From: Thermoanaerobaculia bacterium
GTDB lineage: Bacteria > Acidobacteriota > Thermoanaerobaculia > Gp7-AA8
Direction: 5' to 3'
Assembly (NCBI GenBank): GCA_035688915.1
Contig: DASSMK010000420.1
Coordinates: 1-21,415 of the forward strand
DNA length: 21,415 nucleotides
Position numbers and translations under genes: made by a program. The notes under the pieces were generated by a model. The model saw only the letters and a program-made list of their open reading frames with translations. It was not told the origin of the DNA and did not search any database. Shown piece after piece: positions 7,798-17,930 of the stretch (within the stretch, counting starts at the first letter, position 1; every line of letters begins with the position of its first letter).

Positions 7798-9445
7798 CGC
7801 GCCGGAAATGCGCGCCGCGCGAGATCGGATTGCGGATCGCCGCGTTGGCCACGATCATCGCCATCTGCTGGCCGTGGAACAGCTCCACGATCGACTTGCT
7901 GATCGTGGCCGCGTGGTAATACTTCGTCAGGCGATCGCCGAGCTGGCGCATGTCCGCGACCGCGCGTTTCAGGCGCTCGTACGTGCGCACGATGCCGACG
8001 TAGTTCCACATCGTGTTTTGAATCGTCGTCCAGTCCTGCAGGATCAGCGCGGGATCTTCGAGATTCTCGGAGCCGGGCGGACGCCAGTCCGGAATCGATT
8101 CCACGATCATGCGCGGCACTTCACCGATGCCGCTGCGCGATGACGAAAACGCACGACGCACGGCATGCGCATCGCCCGCGCGCGCGACCTGCGCGGCTTC
8201 CACCGGCGTCGTTCCCGACTGCAGTTTTTCGCGGATCGAATGCGCCGCGTAATAGCCCCAGGTCAAACCTTCGAGCAGCGACGTCGACGCCAATCGATTC
8301 GCGCCGTGCAGACCGGAGCACGACGTCTCGCCGATCGCATAGAGGCGGCTCAGCGTCGTCTCGCCGGAAGTGTTCACGAGCACGCCGCCGCAGAAGTAAT
8401 GCGCCGCGGGAACCACTGGAATCGGATCGCGCTCGATGTCGACGCCGATGTCCGCGCAGGCTTTCTTGATGTTCGGGAAGCGCTCCGCGATCGGTTCGTG
8501 GCCGTTGTAGAAGTTGGCCAGATCGAGATAGACGAATTCGTCCTTGTTGTGCGTCATCTCTTCGACGATCGCGCGCGCCACGACATCGCGCGGCGCGAGG
8601 TCTTTGAGATCGGGCGCATAGCGCGCCATGAAGTACTCGCCCTTCTCATTCCGCAGCCGCGCCCCTTCGCCGCGCAACGCCTCGGAAATCAGAAAGTGAT
8701 TCGCTTTCTTGTCCGCGAGCGCCGTGGGATGGAACTGCACGTACTCGGCATTCATGATGCGCGCGCCGGCGCGGTGCGCCATGACCACGCCGTCGCCGAT
8801 CGCCGAGCGCGTGTTCGTGCTGTGGAGATAGATCTGGCCGACGCCGCCCGTGGCGAGCACGGTGAAATCGGCGAAGACCGTGTAGACCTCGTTGGTACGG
8901 TTGTCGAGCAGATACGCGCCGACGCATTCGTTGCGCAGGCGATAGCGAACCTGAATGTCCGAGGGGTGGTGCTGCGTCGTCAGCAGATCGATGGCCGTGA
9001 CTTCCGTAGCCAGCGTGATGTTCGGCTCCGCGCGCACGCGATTGAGCATTGATGTCTCGATCGCGCGACCCGTGGCGTCGCCCGCATGGATGATGCGCGA
9101 AAGCGAATGCGCCCCTTCCTGCGTGAGATCGAGCTCGCCTTCATCGGTCGTCGAGAAGGGGACGTGCACGTCGTCGAGCAGCAGCGCCTTCACGACGCGC
9201 GGCCCTTCCTCCGCGAGGAACTTCACCGCTTCTTCGTTGGAGATGCCAGCGCCGGCGCGCAGGATGTCGCTGACCAGCTTCGCGGGCGTGTCGCCTTCAC
9301 CCTGATAGATGATGCCGCCCTGCGCCCACGCCGTATTGCAATCGGCGGGATCGGCGGTCTTCGTGACGAGCAGCACCTTCACTCCGGCGCCGGCGAGCGT
9401 GAACGCCGTCGTCAAACCGGCGATGCCGGTGCCGATGACCAGCAC
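7790..9445 (-). CDS. nadB: L-aspartate oxidase NadB (FAD-dependent), starting at GTG
   Basis: N-terminal dinucleotide-binding motif VIGTGIAGL is present. The succinate dehydrogenase/fumarate reductase flavoprotein-like core is recognisable (HYFCGGVLVN..., RLYAIGETSCSGLHGANRLASTSLLEGL). The 551-aa length fits NadB. Confidence 0.85.
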   Translation of the reverse strand: MLVIGTGIAGLTTAFTLAGAGVKVLLVTKTADPADCNTAWAQGGIIYQGEGDTPAKLVSDILRAGAGISNEEAVKFLAEEGPRVVKALLLDDVHVPFSTTDEGELDLTQEGAHSLSRIIHAGDATGRAIETSMLNRVRAEPNITLATEVTAIDLLTTQHHPSDIQVRYRLRNECVGAYLLDNRTNEVYTVFADFTVLATGGVGQIYLHSTNTRSAIGDGVVMAHRAGARIMNAEYVQFHPTALADKKANHFLISEALRGEGARLRNEKGEYFMARYAPDLKDLAPRDVVARAIVEEMTHNKDEFVYLDLANFYNGHEPIAERFPNIKKACADIGVDIERDPIPVVPAAHYFCGGVLVNTSGETTLSRLYAIGETSCSGLHGANRLASTSLLEGLTWGYYAAHSIREKLQSGTTPVEAAQVARAGDAHAVRRAFSSSRSGIGEVPRMIVESIPDWRPPGSENLEDPALILQDWTTIQNTMWNYVGIVRTYERLKRAVADMRQLGDRLTKYYHAATISKSIVELFHGQQMAMIVANAAIRNPISRGAHFRRDE

Positions 9446-9497
9446 CGGATAGTGATCGCGCGTTTTCAGTGAATTGATGGCGCCACTCCTCGCCCCG

Positions 9498-10325
9498 TCA
9501 CGCCGCGGGTTGAGCGAATCCGGTGATCACGTACGATCCGCTCTTCAGATCCTTCTTGATCTTGATGATGTTGTTGTTCTGCGCGTCTTCGAGCAGATCG
9601 CTGAACGTGTTGTAACCGTAATACTCCTCGTTGAAGGTCGGCTTCTTGCGCTGCATGGTCTGCTTGACCATCGAGCCCCAGAGGATCTCTTTGTTCTCGC
9701 GCATCAGCGCCTTGATCGAATCGATGAGGAGCTTGAAGACTTCCGACTTCTTCTTGTCCTGGAACGCCACCGCCGGCGCCTTCGTGGAACCGCGCACCAG
9801 ATCTTCATAGAAGATGAACTCATCGCAGTTGTCGATCAGCAGATCGCTGGACGAGTTCTTCACGCCCACGCCGATGACGTATTTGTCGTTCTCTTTGAGC
9901 TTGGAGACGAGCGGCGAAAAGTCACTGTCGCCCGAGGCGATGACGAAGAGGTCGATGTGCTCTTTGGACCAGGCCATGTCCATCGCGTCGACGACCATGC
10001 GGATGTCCGCGGAGTTCTTCCCCGAATAGCCGCGCGCGGGAATCTCGATCAGCTCGATGGCGGCTTCGTGCAGCTCGCGTTTGTAGTCGGTGAATTTGTC
10101 CCAGTCCGAATACGCGCGCTTGACGACGATCTTCCCTTTTTCGAGCAGGCGCTCGAGGAGCAGCGCGATCTCGAACTTCTTGTACTTGGCGTCCGTGACG
10201 CCGATGGCGATGTTCTCGAAGTCGATGAACAGGGCGATTTTGCTTTCACTCATGTTTTTTGGAGAGGGCCCGCTGTCATCGTCGTTCGACGCGGCCTCGT
10301 TCTCGAACACAGGTTTCCGTGTCAT
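9498..10325 (-). CDS. NYN-domain (LabA-like) protein with C-terminal OST-HTH/LOTUS domain
   Basis: IALFIDFENI, VKRAYSDW and DLFVIASGDSDFSPLVSKLKENDKYVIGVG are typical NYN/LabA motifs. The C-terminal region EVFKLLIDSIKALMRENKEILWGSMVKQT...YGYNTFSDLLEDAQ resembles OST-HTH. The gene has visibly lower GC and more lysine than its neighbours. An alternative start at MSESK (ATG at 10252-10254) is possible. Confidence 0.75.
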   Translation of the reverse strand: MTRKPVFENEAASNDDDSGPSPKNMSESKIALFIDFENIAIGVTDAKYKKFEIALLLERLLEKGKIVVKRAYSDWDKFTDYKRELHEAAIELIEIPARGYSGKNSADIRMVVDAMDMAWSKEHIDLFVIASGDSDFSPLVSKLKENDKYVIGVGVKNSSSDLLIDNCDEFIFYEDLVRGSTKAPAVAFQDKKKSEVFKLLIDSIKALMRENKEILWGSMVKQTMQRKKPTFNEEYYGYNTFSDLLEDAQNNNIIKIKKDLKSGSYVITGFAQPAA

Positions 10326-10373
10326 TTGCCGCGCGTGAGTCTAGCACCCGCGCCTCGATACAATGCCCGCGCC

Positions 10374-11339
10374 TTGCGACCCACATTGAACCGGTACCTC
10401 ACGCTCGCGCGCCCCTTCACGCTCCTGCCGCCGCTCCTCGGCATCATCTCCGGCGCGATCTGCGCGTGGGGCTCCGCGCACAATCCCGATCCGTCACGCA
10501 CGCTGACGTCGTCGGTGATCTGGACGGTGGTGCTCGGATCGATCTGCGCGGCCTTTCTCAATGCGGCGAACAACGCGCTGAATCAGATCTACGACCTGGA
10601 GATCGATCGCATCAACAAGCCGAAGCGGCCGCTCGTCACCGGCGAGATTTCGCTCCGCGGCGCGTGGATCTTCACGTGGCTCATGTACGCGCTCGGCACC
10701 ATCCCCACGTGGCTGGTGGTCGTCTATCCGCACACGTCGTGGGGCGAGAAGTTCCGCGCGCCGATCTCCGCGCATGAATGCTTCTTCATCTATCTCATCG
10801 CGCTTGTCTCGACGTTCGTTTACTCCGTTCCCGCATTCGGCCGTACCAAAGCGCATCCGATCGGCGCGAACGCCACCATCGCCATTCCGCGCGGCTGCCT
10901 GTTGAAAGTGGCCGGCTGGACGATGGTCGCGCGCGCCGGTTTCGCCGAGCCGTGGTTCATCGGCTCGATCTTCATGCTCTTCCTCCTCGGCGCCGCATCG
11001 ACCAAAGACTTCAGCGACATGGAAGGCGATCGCGCCGGCGGCTGCCGCACGCTGCCGATCGCGTTCGGCGTGCGCAGAGCGGCCTGGATGATGGCGCCCT
11101 TCTTCGTCCTGCCGTGGCTCCTCATGCCGCTCGGCGCGCACACGCACATCCTCACCGGCAACGAAACCTTCCTCACCATCCTCGGCATCGTGCTCGCGCT
11201 TTGGGGCGCCTACACAGTGTGGTTGATCGTCCGCAATCCGGACGAGCTGACTTCCACCGAAAATCACCCGAGCTGGCGCCACATGTACCTGATGATGATG
11301 GCCGCGCAGGTGGGATTTGCGGCCGCGTACTTGGTGTGA
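10374..11339 (+). CDS. UbiA-family integral membrane prenyltransferase
   Basis: The first Asp-rich motif NALNQIYDLEIDRINKPKRPL and the second KDFSDMEGDRAGGCRTLPI are present, with about 8-9 transmembrane helices. The 5' part of the 621-aa track ORF (9474 to about 10330) is antisense to the NYN gene and is not coding. The start is uncertain: in-frame TTG at 10374 or 10386, or GTG at 10335. Confidence 0.75.
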   Translation: MRPTLNRYLTLARPFTLLPPLLGIISGAICAWGSAHNPDPSRTLTSSVIWTVVLGSICAAFLNAANNALNQIYDLEIDRINKPKRPLVTGEISLRGAWIFTWLMYALGTIPTWLVVVYPHTSWGEKFRAPISAHECFFIYLIALVSTFVYSVPAFGRTKAHPIGANATIAIPRGCLLKVAGWTMVARAGFAEPWFIGSIFMLFLLGAASTKDFSDMEGDRAGGCRTLPIAFGVRRAAWMMAPFFVLPWLLMPLGAHTHILTGNETFLTILGIVLALWGAYTVWLIVRNPDELTSTENHPSWRHMYLMMMAAQVGFAAAYLV

Positions 11340-11357
11340 ACCCGCCCGCCCGGCCGA

Positions 11358-11500
11358 GGCTCATGGGCTCATAGGCTCATGGGCTCATAGTAGCGACCTC
11401 GCCCAAGTGCGCGTTTTGCGCACGAGCCACATGCTTAAACGATCTCTCTCCCGCAGCGTGGGCTGCTATGAGCCCATGAGCCTATGAGCCTATGAGCCTA
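11358..11500. repeat. Inverted tandem octamer arrays: (GCTCATGG/GCTCATAG)x4 at about 11358-11390 and their reverse complements (CTATGAGC/CCATGAGC)x4 at about 11466-11500, flanking a 75-bp core that contains the palindrome GTGCGC-GTTTT-GCGCAC
   Basis: Read directly from the sequence. The arrays form arms of about 32 bp that are almost perfectly complementary. Confidence 0.8.
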
Positions 11501-11908
11501 CACAGTCGCGCGGCGCAGCCGCCCGACTGTTCCACGTGCCACATTTAGTGTGCACTCGCGCCTGAACCCCAACCGGTAGTGGTCGGTCGCCGCCAAAAAC
11601 GCGTTTTCCGCAGAACGGCCATTCCGCCTGTCTTTCGCCCTTTTTCGCCTATGAAAATGTCAGGAAATCAAACGAAAAAGTTGATGAAAAGTGCATCGGC
11701 CGTGTTGTTGATTTCTGCTACGAAAAATATGTGCAAAAGGTGCGGGAAAGGGCCGGAAATTCTGAGGATTTGCGGGTTTCTCACCTGTGCAAAAGCCTGT
11801 GGATTTCCTGTCGATCTTCAGCGGAGAAGCGGTGGAACTGGCGCGGAAAAGCCGCTCGTCGCCCGAAGCAGACGCTGCCATGTAAACGATTGGAAACGCG
11901 AATACTTG

Positions 11909-11954
11909 TCCACTATGTTGTGTTCTTCAGATAACCGACCACAAGATCTTGTGG
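11909..11954 (+). promoter_or_regulatory. NrdR-box-like operator pair upstream of nrdJ: a perfect 16-bp palindrome CCACAAGATCTTGTGG (11939-11954) plus a degenerate partner CACTATGTTGTG (11911-11922) about 30 bp upstream
   Basis: The CAC-N8-GTG geometry with a central AT matches the published NrdR box consensus (acaCwAtATaTwGtgt). Spacing of about three helical turns between the two sites is typical of NrdR tandem boxes. The sites lie immediately upstream of a sigma70-like promoter. Confidence 0.5.
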
Positions 11955-11962
11955 TCATGCAC

Positions 11963-11991
11963 TTGACTTCCCCGAGGTGCGGGCGTAGGTT
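11963..11991 (+). promoter_or_regulatory. Sigma70-like promoter: TTGACT - 17 nt - TAGGTT
   Basis: The -35 hexamer is at 11963-11968, the -10 hexamer at 11986-11991, with a 17-nt spacer. This would give a leader of about 410 nt before the nrdJ start at 12406. Confidence 0.35.
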
Positions 11992-12405
11992 GTCACGCAT
12001 CAAACAACTCGGTGTTGCGAGGGAGGATCGATGAAGGATTTGAAGGATCAATCACGTCCTGGACAGGCCCCGATTCGCTCTGTTTCGCTCCACATCCGCG
12101 ACTATCAGGTGACGGTGAAAGTCAGGACTTCGGTCCCTCAGATTCGCTCTGCCAAGACCACCGCTCGCCCGACGTTCCGATGACGTTCCGCTGAGTTGTT
12201 GAGGGCTCTCGAATGGGTAGTTTCGAGCGCTCCGTGAAGGGGGAGGCAGGGGAAGGAAGTTCGTTCGAGGGACACCGAAACAAACGGCGGCGCTCCGTAA
12301 CAGGATCCGCGAAGCGCACCGGCGGTTTCCTTCACACAGTAGATCGAACGACTCTCCTCTGCTTTGGTGTTTCACTGTTTACGTGTGAGAGGAGAGTAGA
12401 AAACA

Positions 12406-15297
<2,892 letters not shown>

Positions 15298-15304
15298 AAA
15301 ACAC

Positions 15305-15505
15305 TCAAGGTTGTGAATCGAGAGGCGGCCATCCGGCCGCCTCTTTTTCTTTGAGGGCACCGGCGCGATAGGCGAATGTGAGCGCTTGCTCCAGCCATTG
15401 CAGACGCTGCGCGGGCGTGAGCGCTGCCATCCGTTCGAACAGCTCGTCTTCGGCGCTCGCAAAGTCGCCGCGCCAGTCGCCGTCAGTGCGCGGCGGCTCA
15501 CTCAT
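15305..15505 (-). CDS. Hypothetical 66-aa protein (MSEPPRTDGDWRGDFASAEDELFERMAALTPAQRLQWLEQALTFAYRAGAL...)
   Basis: An ATG start is present. The codon usage is plausible and the sequence looks helical. Its 3' end runs through the nrdJ terminator hairpin, which encodes AAGWPP, and the Shine-Dalgarno is weak. Confidence 0.3.
   Translation of the reverse strand: MSEPPRTDGDWRGDFASAEDELFERMAALTPAQRLQWLEQALTFAYRAGALKEKEAAGWPPLDSQP
15321..15352 (+). terminator. Rho-independent terminator of nrdJ
   Basis: Stem AGAGGCGGCC - atcc - GGCCGCCTCT is followed by TTTTCTTT. Confidence 0.8.
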
Positions 15506-15839
15506 CGCGGCGCCTTGTCGGTTTCTGCAATTTCTCGATGTCGGCTAGGTCTCCCACGCGACGAGCATAGCCGACGACGCGCGGATGGCAGCTCCGCTGT
15601 TCCGTGCCGCAGCGACCCCGCACATTCAAAAAAAGCGGCTACGGACTCACATCCAGCAGATGCACATTGGCGCATCGGTCTGAATCAATCGCGTATGGCG
15701 AGGCGCGAGCTCAGTCGGACCGCCCGTGGCTCGCCACGCACGTCGTCCGCTGATCCACCACCACAGCTACCGCCCGTAGAAAATTTGACGCCGCGCGACT
15801 CCCGGGTGCTGATTGCCCGCACAACAAGGAGGTACGCGC

Positions 15840-16325
15840 ATGACGATGATTCGGGAGTTCTTCATCAAACGGTGGGAGGCGGAGCAGCCGGCATTCCGGA
15901 AGGTGCTCGCCGCGCTTCCGGGCGACAAGCTCGATTACAGGCCGCACGAACGCTCCAGCAAGGCGGGCGATCTCGCGTTTCAGATCGCGGAGGAGCAGCG
16001 CGGGATCGTCGAGCTGCTCGAGACGTTGCAGACCACGTTCGAGCCGAAGCCGCATCCGCCGGTCGAAGGCATCCTGAAAGTTTGGGATGACGCCACGGAG
16101 AAGGTGCGCGCGGCGCTCGCGAACAGCGATGAAGAGAAGTGGTCGCAGCCGGCCAAGTTCATCTTCGGCGGCAATCCCGTTTGGGAAGACACGCTGCAGA
16201 ACATGCTTTGGGGCTACCTCTTCGACATGATCCACCACCGCGGGCAGCTCAGCGCGTATCTGCGGCCGATGGGTGGGAAGGTGCCGTCGATCTACGGACC
16301 GTCCGCCGACGATCAGGGCTCGTAG
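15840..16325 (+). CDS. DinB/YfiT-like (DinB_2 family) metal-dependent protein
   Basis: Conserved DinB_2 histidines are present, including the MIHHRGQL motif near the C-terminus. Strong Shine-Dalgarno AAGGAGGT lies 6 nt before ATG 15840. The track ORF starts earlier at 15813, but the Shine-Dalgarno sequence supports 15840. Confidence 0.7.
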   Translation: MTMIREFFIKRWEAEQPAFRKVLAALPGDKLDYRPHERSSKAGDLAFQIAEEQRGIVELLETLQTTFEPKPHPPVEGILKVWDDATEKVRAALANSDEEKWSQPAKFIFGGNPVWEDTLQNMLWGYLFDMIHHRGQLSAYLRPMGGKVPSIYGPSADDQGS

Positions 16326-16348
16326 CAACACCCCATAAAACACCAAAG

Positions 16349-16377
16349 GGGGAACGGGCCGCGATTGCCCGTTCCCC
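16349..16377. terminator. Bidirectional intrinsic terminator between the convergent dinB-like and SPFH genes
   Basis: An 11-bp perfect stem GGGGAACGGGC - cgcgatt - GCCCGTTCCCC is present. The minus strand continues CTTTGGTGTTTTATGG (U-rich). Confidence 0.7.
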
Positions 16378-16382
16378 ACGCT

Positions 16383-17483
16383 TTACAGCAGCTTCACCAC
16401 CCGATTGGCGAGACCTTCTTCGCCGAGGACGACGGTCAGGTTGGCCTTGTCGGCGACCTTCTCGAGCACCTCGAGCTCCTTCAGCTTCATCAGCGTCGGG
16501 CTCGACTCGAGAATCTTCGCCGTGTTCGCCTGCATCCGCATCGCCGCGGTCTCTTCACGCCGCGTGACCAGCGATGCCTCCGCCGCCTTCTTCGCCTCCG
16601 TGACCTTGTTCAGCAGCTCCTTCATGTCGCCCGGCAGAATGATGTCGCGCACGCCGGCCGAGACGACGGCGAGCCCCAGTTCCACCGCACGCGGCGCGAG
16701 CATCTCCGCCAGCTCGCGGCCGAGTGCATCCTTCGAGGCGAGCAGGGCATCGAGCTCGCGCGTTCCCACCGCTTCACGCAGCGCGAGCTGCGCGGCGCGG
16801 TAGAGCGCCTGAGCCGCCCCGTCGACCACCGTCACCGAGCGCAGTGCATCGGTGACTCTGTAGTTGACCAGCGCGTTGAGCCGGAGCGTGACCTTGTCCG
16901 CCGTCATGATGTCCTGGCCGCTGATGTCGAGCGCGAGCTCCTTCAGATCGACGTCGAACATCCGCAGACGTCCGACGCGCTTCCAGAACGCGTGCGTGCC
17001 CGGTGCGAGCGTGGCCTGGTACGCGCCATCGCGGAACCAGACGCCGGCATGTCCCGGCTCGACGTGCACGACGTCCAGCATCGACGTCGCACGCGGCGAC
17101 TCCACGATCACGGCCAGCTCCGGATGCACGAGCTGCATCACCCGCGCATCCACGACTTCCACCCGCACGTCGACTTCCGTGCTCCACAGCGCGTGCAGAC
17201 CGGCGTCGAGAATGCGAGCGAAGCGACCATCGATCCAGACCAGCGCCCGCTCGAAGTCCTTCAGATCGACCACGACCGCTTCGCCGGCCAGCCGGCCCGA
17301 CTTCACCATGATGTCGAGCTTTGGATGGATGATCCACGGATCGCGCGCCGAGACGCGCTGCACCCGCAGCCGGAACAGCGGATCGAACGCCCAGTGTGCG
17401 CCTGGCGGCAGGACGCGCACGAAATCGCCGTCGCGGAACAGCAGCCCGCGTTCGTGCGGCTTGATGTGAATGTAGCGAATCAT
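16383..17483 (-). CDS. SPFH/band-7 (slipin-like) family protein with an N-terminal extension of about 170 aa
   Basis: The C-terminal half carries the SPFH core and coiled-coil (TLRLNALVNYRVTDALRSVT..., VRDIILPGDMKELLNKVTEAKKAAEA...MRMQANTAKILESSPTLMKLKELEVLEKV). Strong Shine-Dalgarno AGGAGG lies 8 nt before the ATG. Confidence 0.8.
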   Translation of the reverse strand: MIRYIHIKPHERGLLFRDGDFVRVLPPGAHWAFDPLFRLRVQRVSARDPWIIHPKLDIMVKSGRLAGEAVVVDLKDFERALVWIDGRFARILDAGLHALWSTEVDVRVEVVDARVMQLVHPELAVIVESPRATSMLDVVHVEPGHAGVWFRDGAYQATLAPGTHAFWKRVGRLRMFDVDLKELALDISGQDIMTADKVTLRLNALVNYRVTDALRSVTVVDGAAQALYRAAQLALREAVGTRELDALLASKDALGRELAEMLAPRAVELGLAVVSAGVRDIILPGDMKELLNKVTEAKKAAEASLVTRREETAAMRMQANTAKILESSPTLMKLKELEVLEKVADKANLTVVLGEEGLANRVVKLL

Positions 17484-17572
17484 TATGAACCTCCTTCATT
17501 GAAGAACCGGCCGCACTTCGTTTGCGCGGTGCCACGCCTTCCGCGGCGGAGCGTTCCCGCTCGTGCGCTCGC

Positions 17573-17604
17573 CACAATGAAATGCATCGCACGATTTCAT
17601 TGTG
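17573..17604. promoter_or_regulatory. Perfect 11-bp inverted repeat CACAATGAAAT - N10 - ATTTCATTGTG, 90-120 bp upstream of the SPFH gene start
   Basis: Read directly. With one mismatch it extends to 14 bp per arm. The half-site CACAATGA recurs at about 17657. It is either a candidate operator or a 5'-UTR stem-loop. Confidence 0.45.
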
Positions 17605-17755
17605 CGCGGCGCGCATTGCGCGGGCGCTGCAGAGCCGTTTCGGCGTTTGCGGTCGCGCTCACAATGAGCACACCGCCAGCATTGCCGTGCTTGCGAAGCG
17701 ACGGCCGGTAACCGCTAACGGCGGTCAGTCGTGTAATGAAGCGAAGGCTTATTAG

Positions 17756-17828
17756 GCCTCGTGGCGGGAATCGAACCCGCAACATCAGGAGTCTTAATCC
17801 TGTGCTCTACCAATTGAGCTACACATGC
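17756..17828 (-). tRNA. tRNA-like element, probably a degenerate or pseudo-tRNA: canonical D-arm and T-arm, type I variable loop, but a mispaired acceptor stem and apparent anticodon AAG
   Basis: The minus-strand sequence is GCATGTG TA GCTC AATTGGTA GAGC A CAGGA TTAAGAC TCCTG ATGTT GCGGG TTCGATT CCCGC CACGAGG C. D-loop G18G19 and T-loop TTCGATT are canonical. Acceptor pairs 1-72 and 3-70 are mismatched and 4-69 is G.U. The 3' strand would pair perfectly with CCTCGTG. The anticodon loop reads U-U-A-A-G-A-C. CCA is not encoded. Confidence 0.5.
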
Positions 17829-17930
17829 AATAAAGACCTCCTTCGATAGAACCCGTACACGGAACACGAGCCACACAACCTGACACGTCAAGGGCGGTGC
17901 GCGCCGCCGGCCTGGACGGCCCTCATTGCC

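Noticed and set aside
8165-9052. Plus-strand ORF 8165..9052 and others (7808..8143, 9086..9472) opposite nadB
   Set aside because: They are antisense to nadB and their translations are Arg-rich low-complexity artefacts.
9474-10330. N-terminal 285 codons of the 621-aa plus-strand ORF
   Set aside because: This part is antisense to the NYN/LOTUS gene. Only the C-terminal about 320 codons (UbiA-family membrane protein) are coding, so the start was moved to about 10374.
11358-11500. CRISPR array interpretation of the octamer repeats
   Set aside because: The units are 8 bp, directly abutting with no spacers, and they occur as two inverted blocks. That is not CRISPR architecture.
12000-12405. Possible cobalamin riboswitch in the long nrdJ leader (words such as GGTGACGGTGAAAGTCAGG, AAGGGGGAGGCAGGGGAAGG, GCTCCGTAACAGG)
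   Set aside because: The fragments loosely resemble B12-element pieces, but they are in the wrong order and I cannot find a B12 box. A B12 riboswitch repressing a B12-dependent RNR would also be biologically odd. Needs an Infernal scan to settle.
15541-15839. Promoter and operator upstream of the dinB-like gene (TTGACG at about 15785; inverted repeat GTCGGCTA...TAGCCGAC at 15542-15577)
   Set aside because: The -10 candidates are poor and the inverted repeat is short. There is insufficient support to call either.
16365-17711. ORFs 16365..17711 (+), 16774..17616 (-), 16405..16803 (+), 16864..17469 (+) overlapping the SPFH gene
   Set aside because: The SPFH frame carries the family motifs and a strong Shine-Dalgarno. 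The others are high-GC artefacts.
17756-17828. Reading the element as a plus-strand tRNA-Lys(CTT)
   Set aside because: The plus-strand complement of the anticodon loop reads CTT. However, the canonical D-loop (AATTGGTA with G18G19) and T-loop (TTCGATT) are only in the correct positions on the minus strand.
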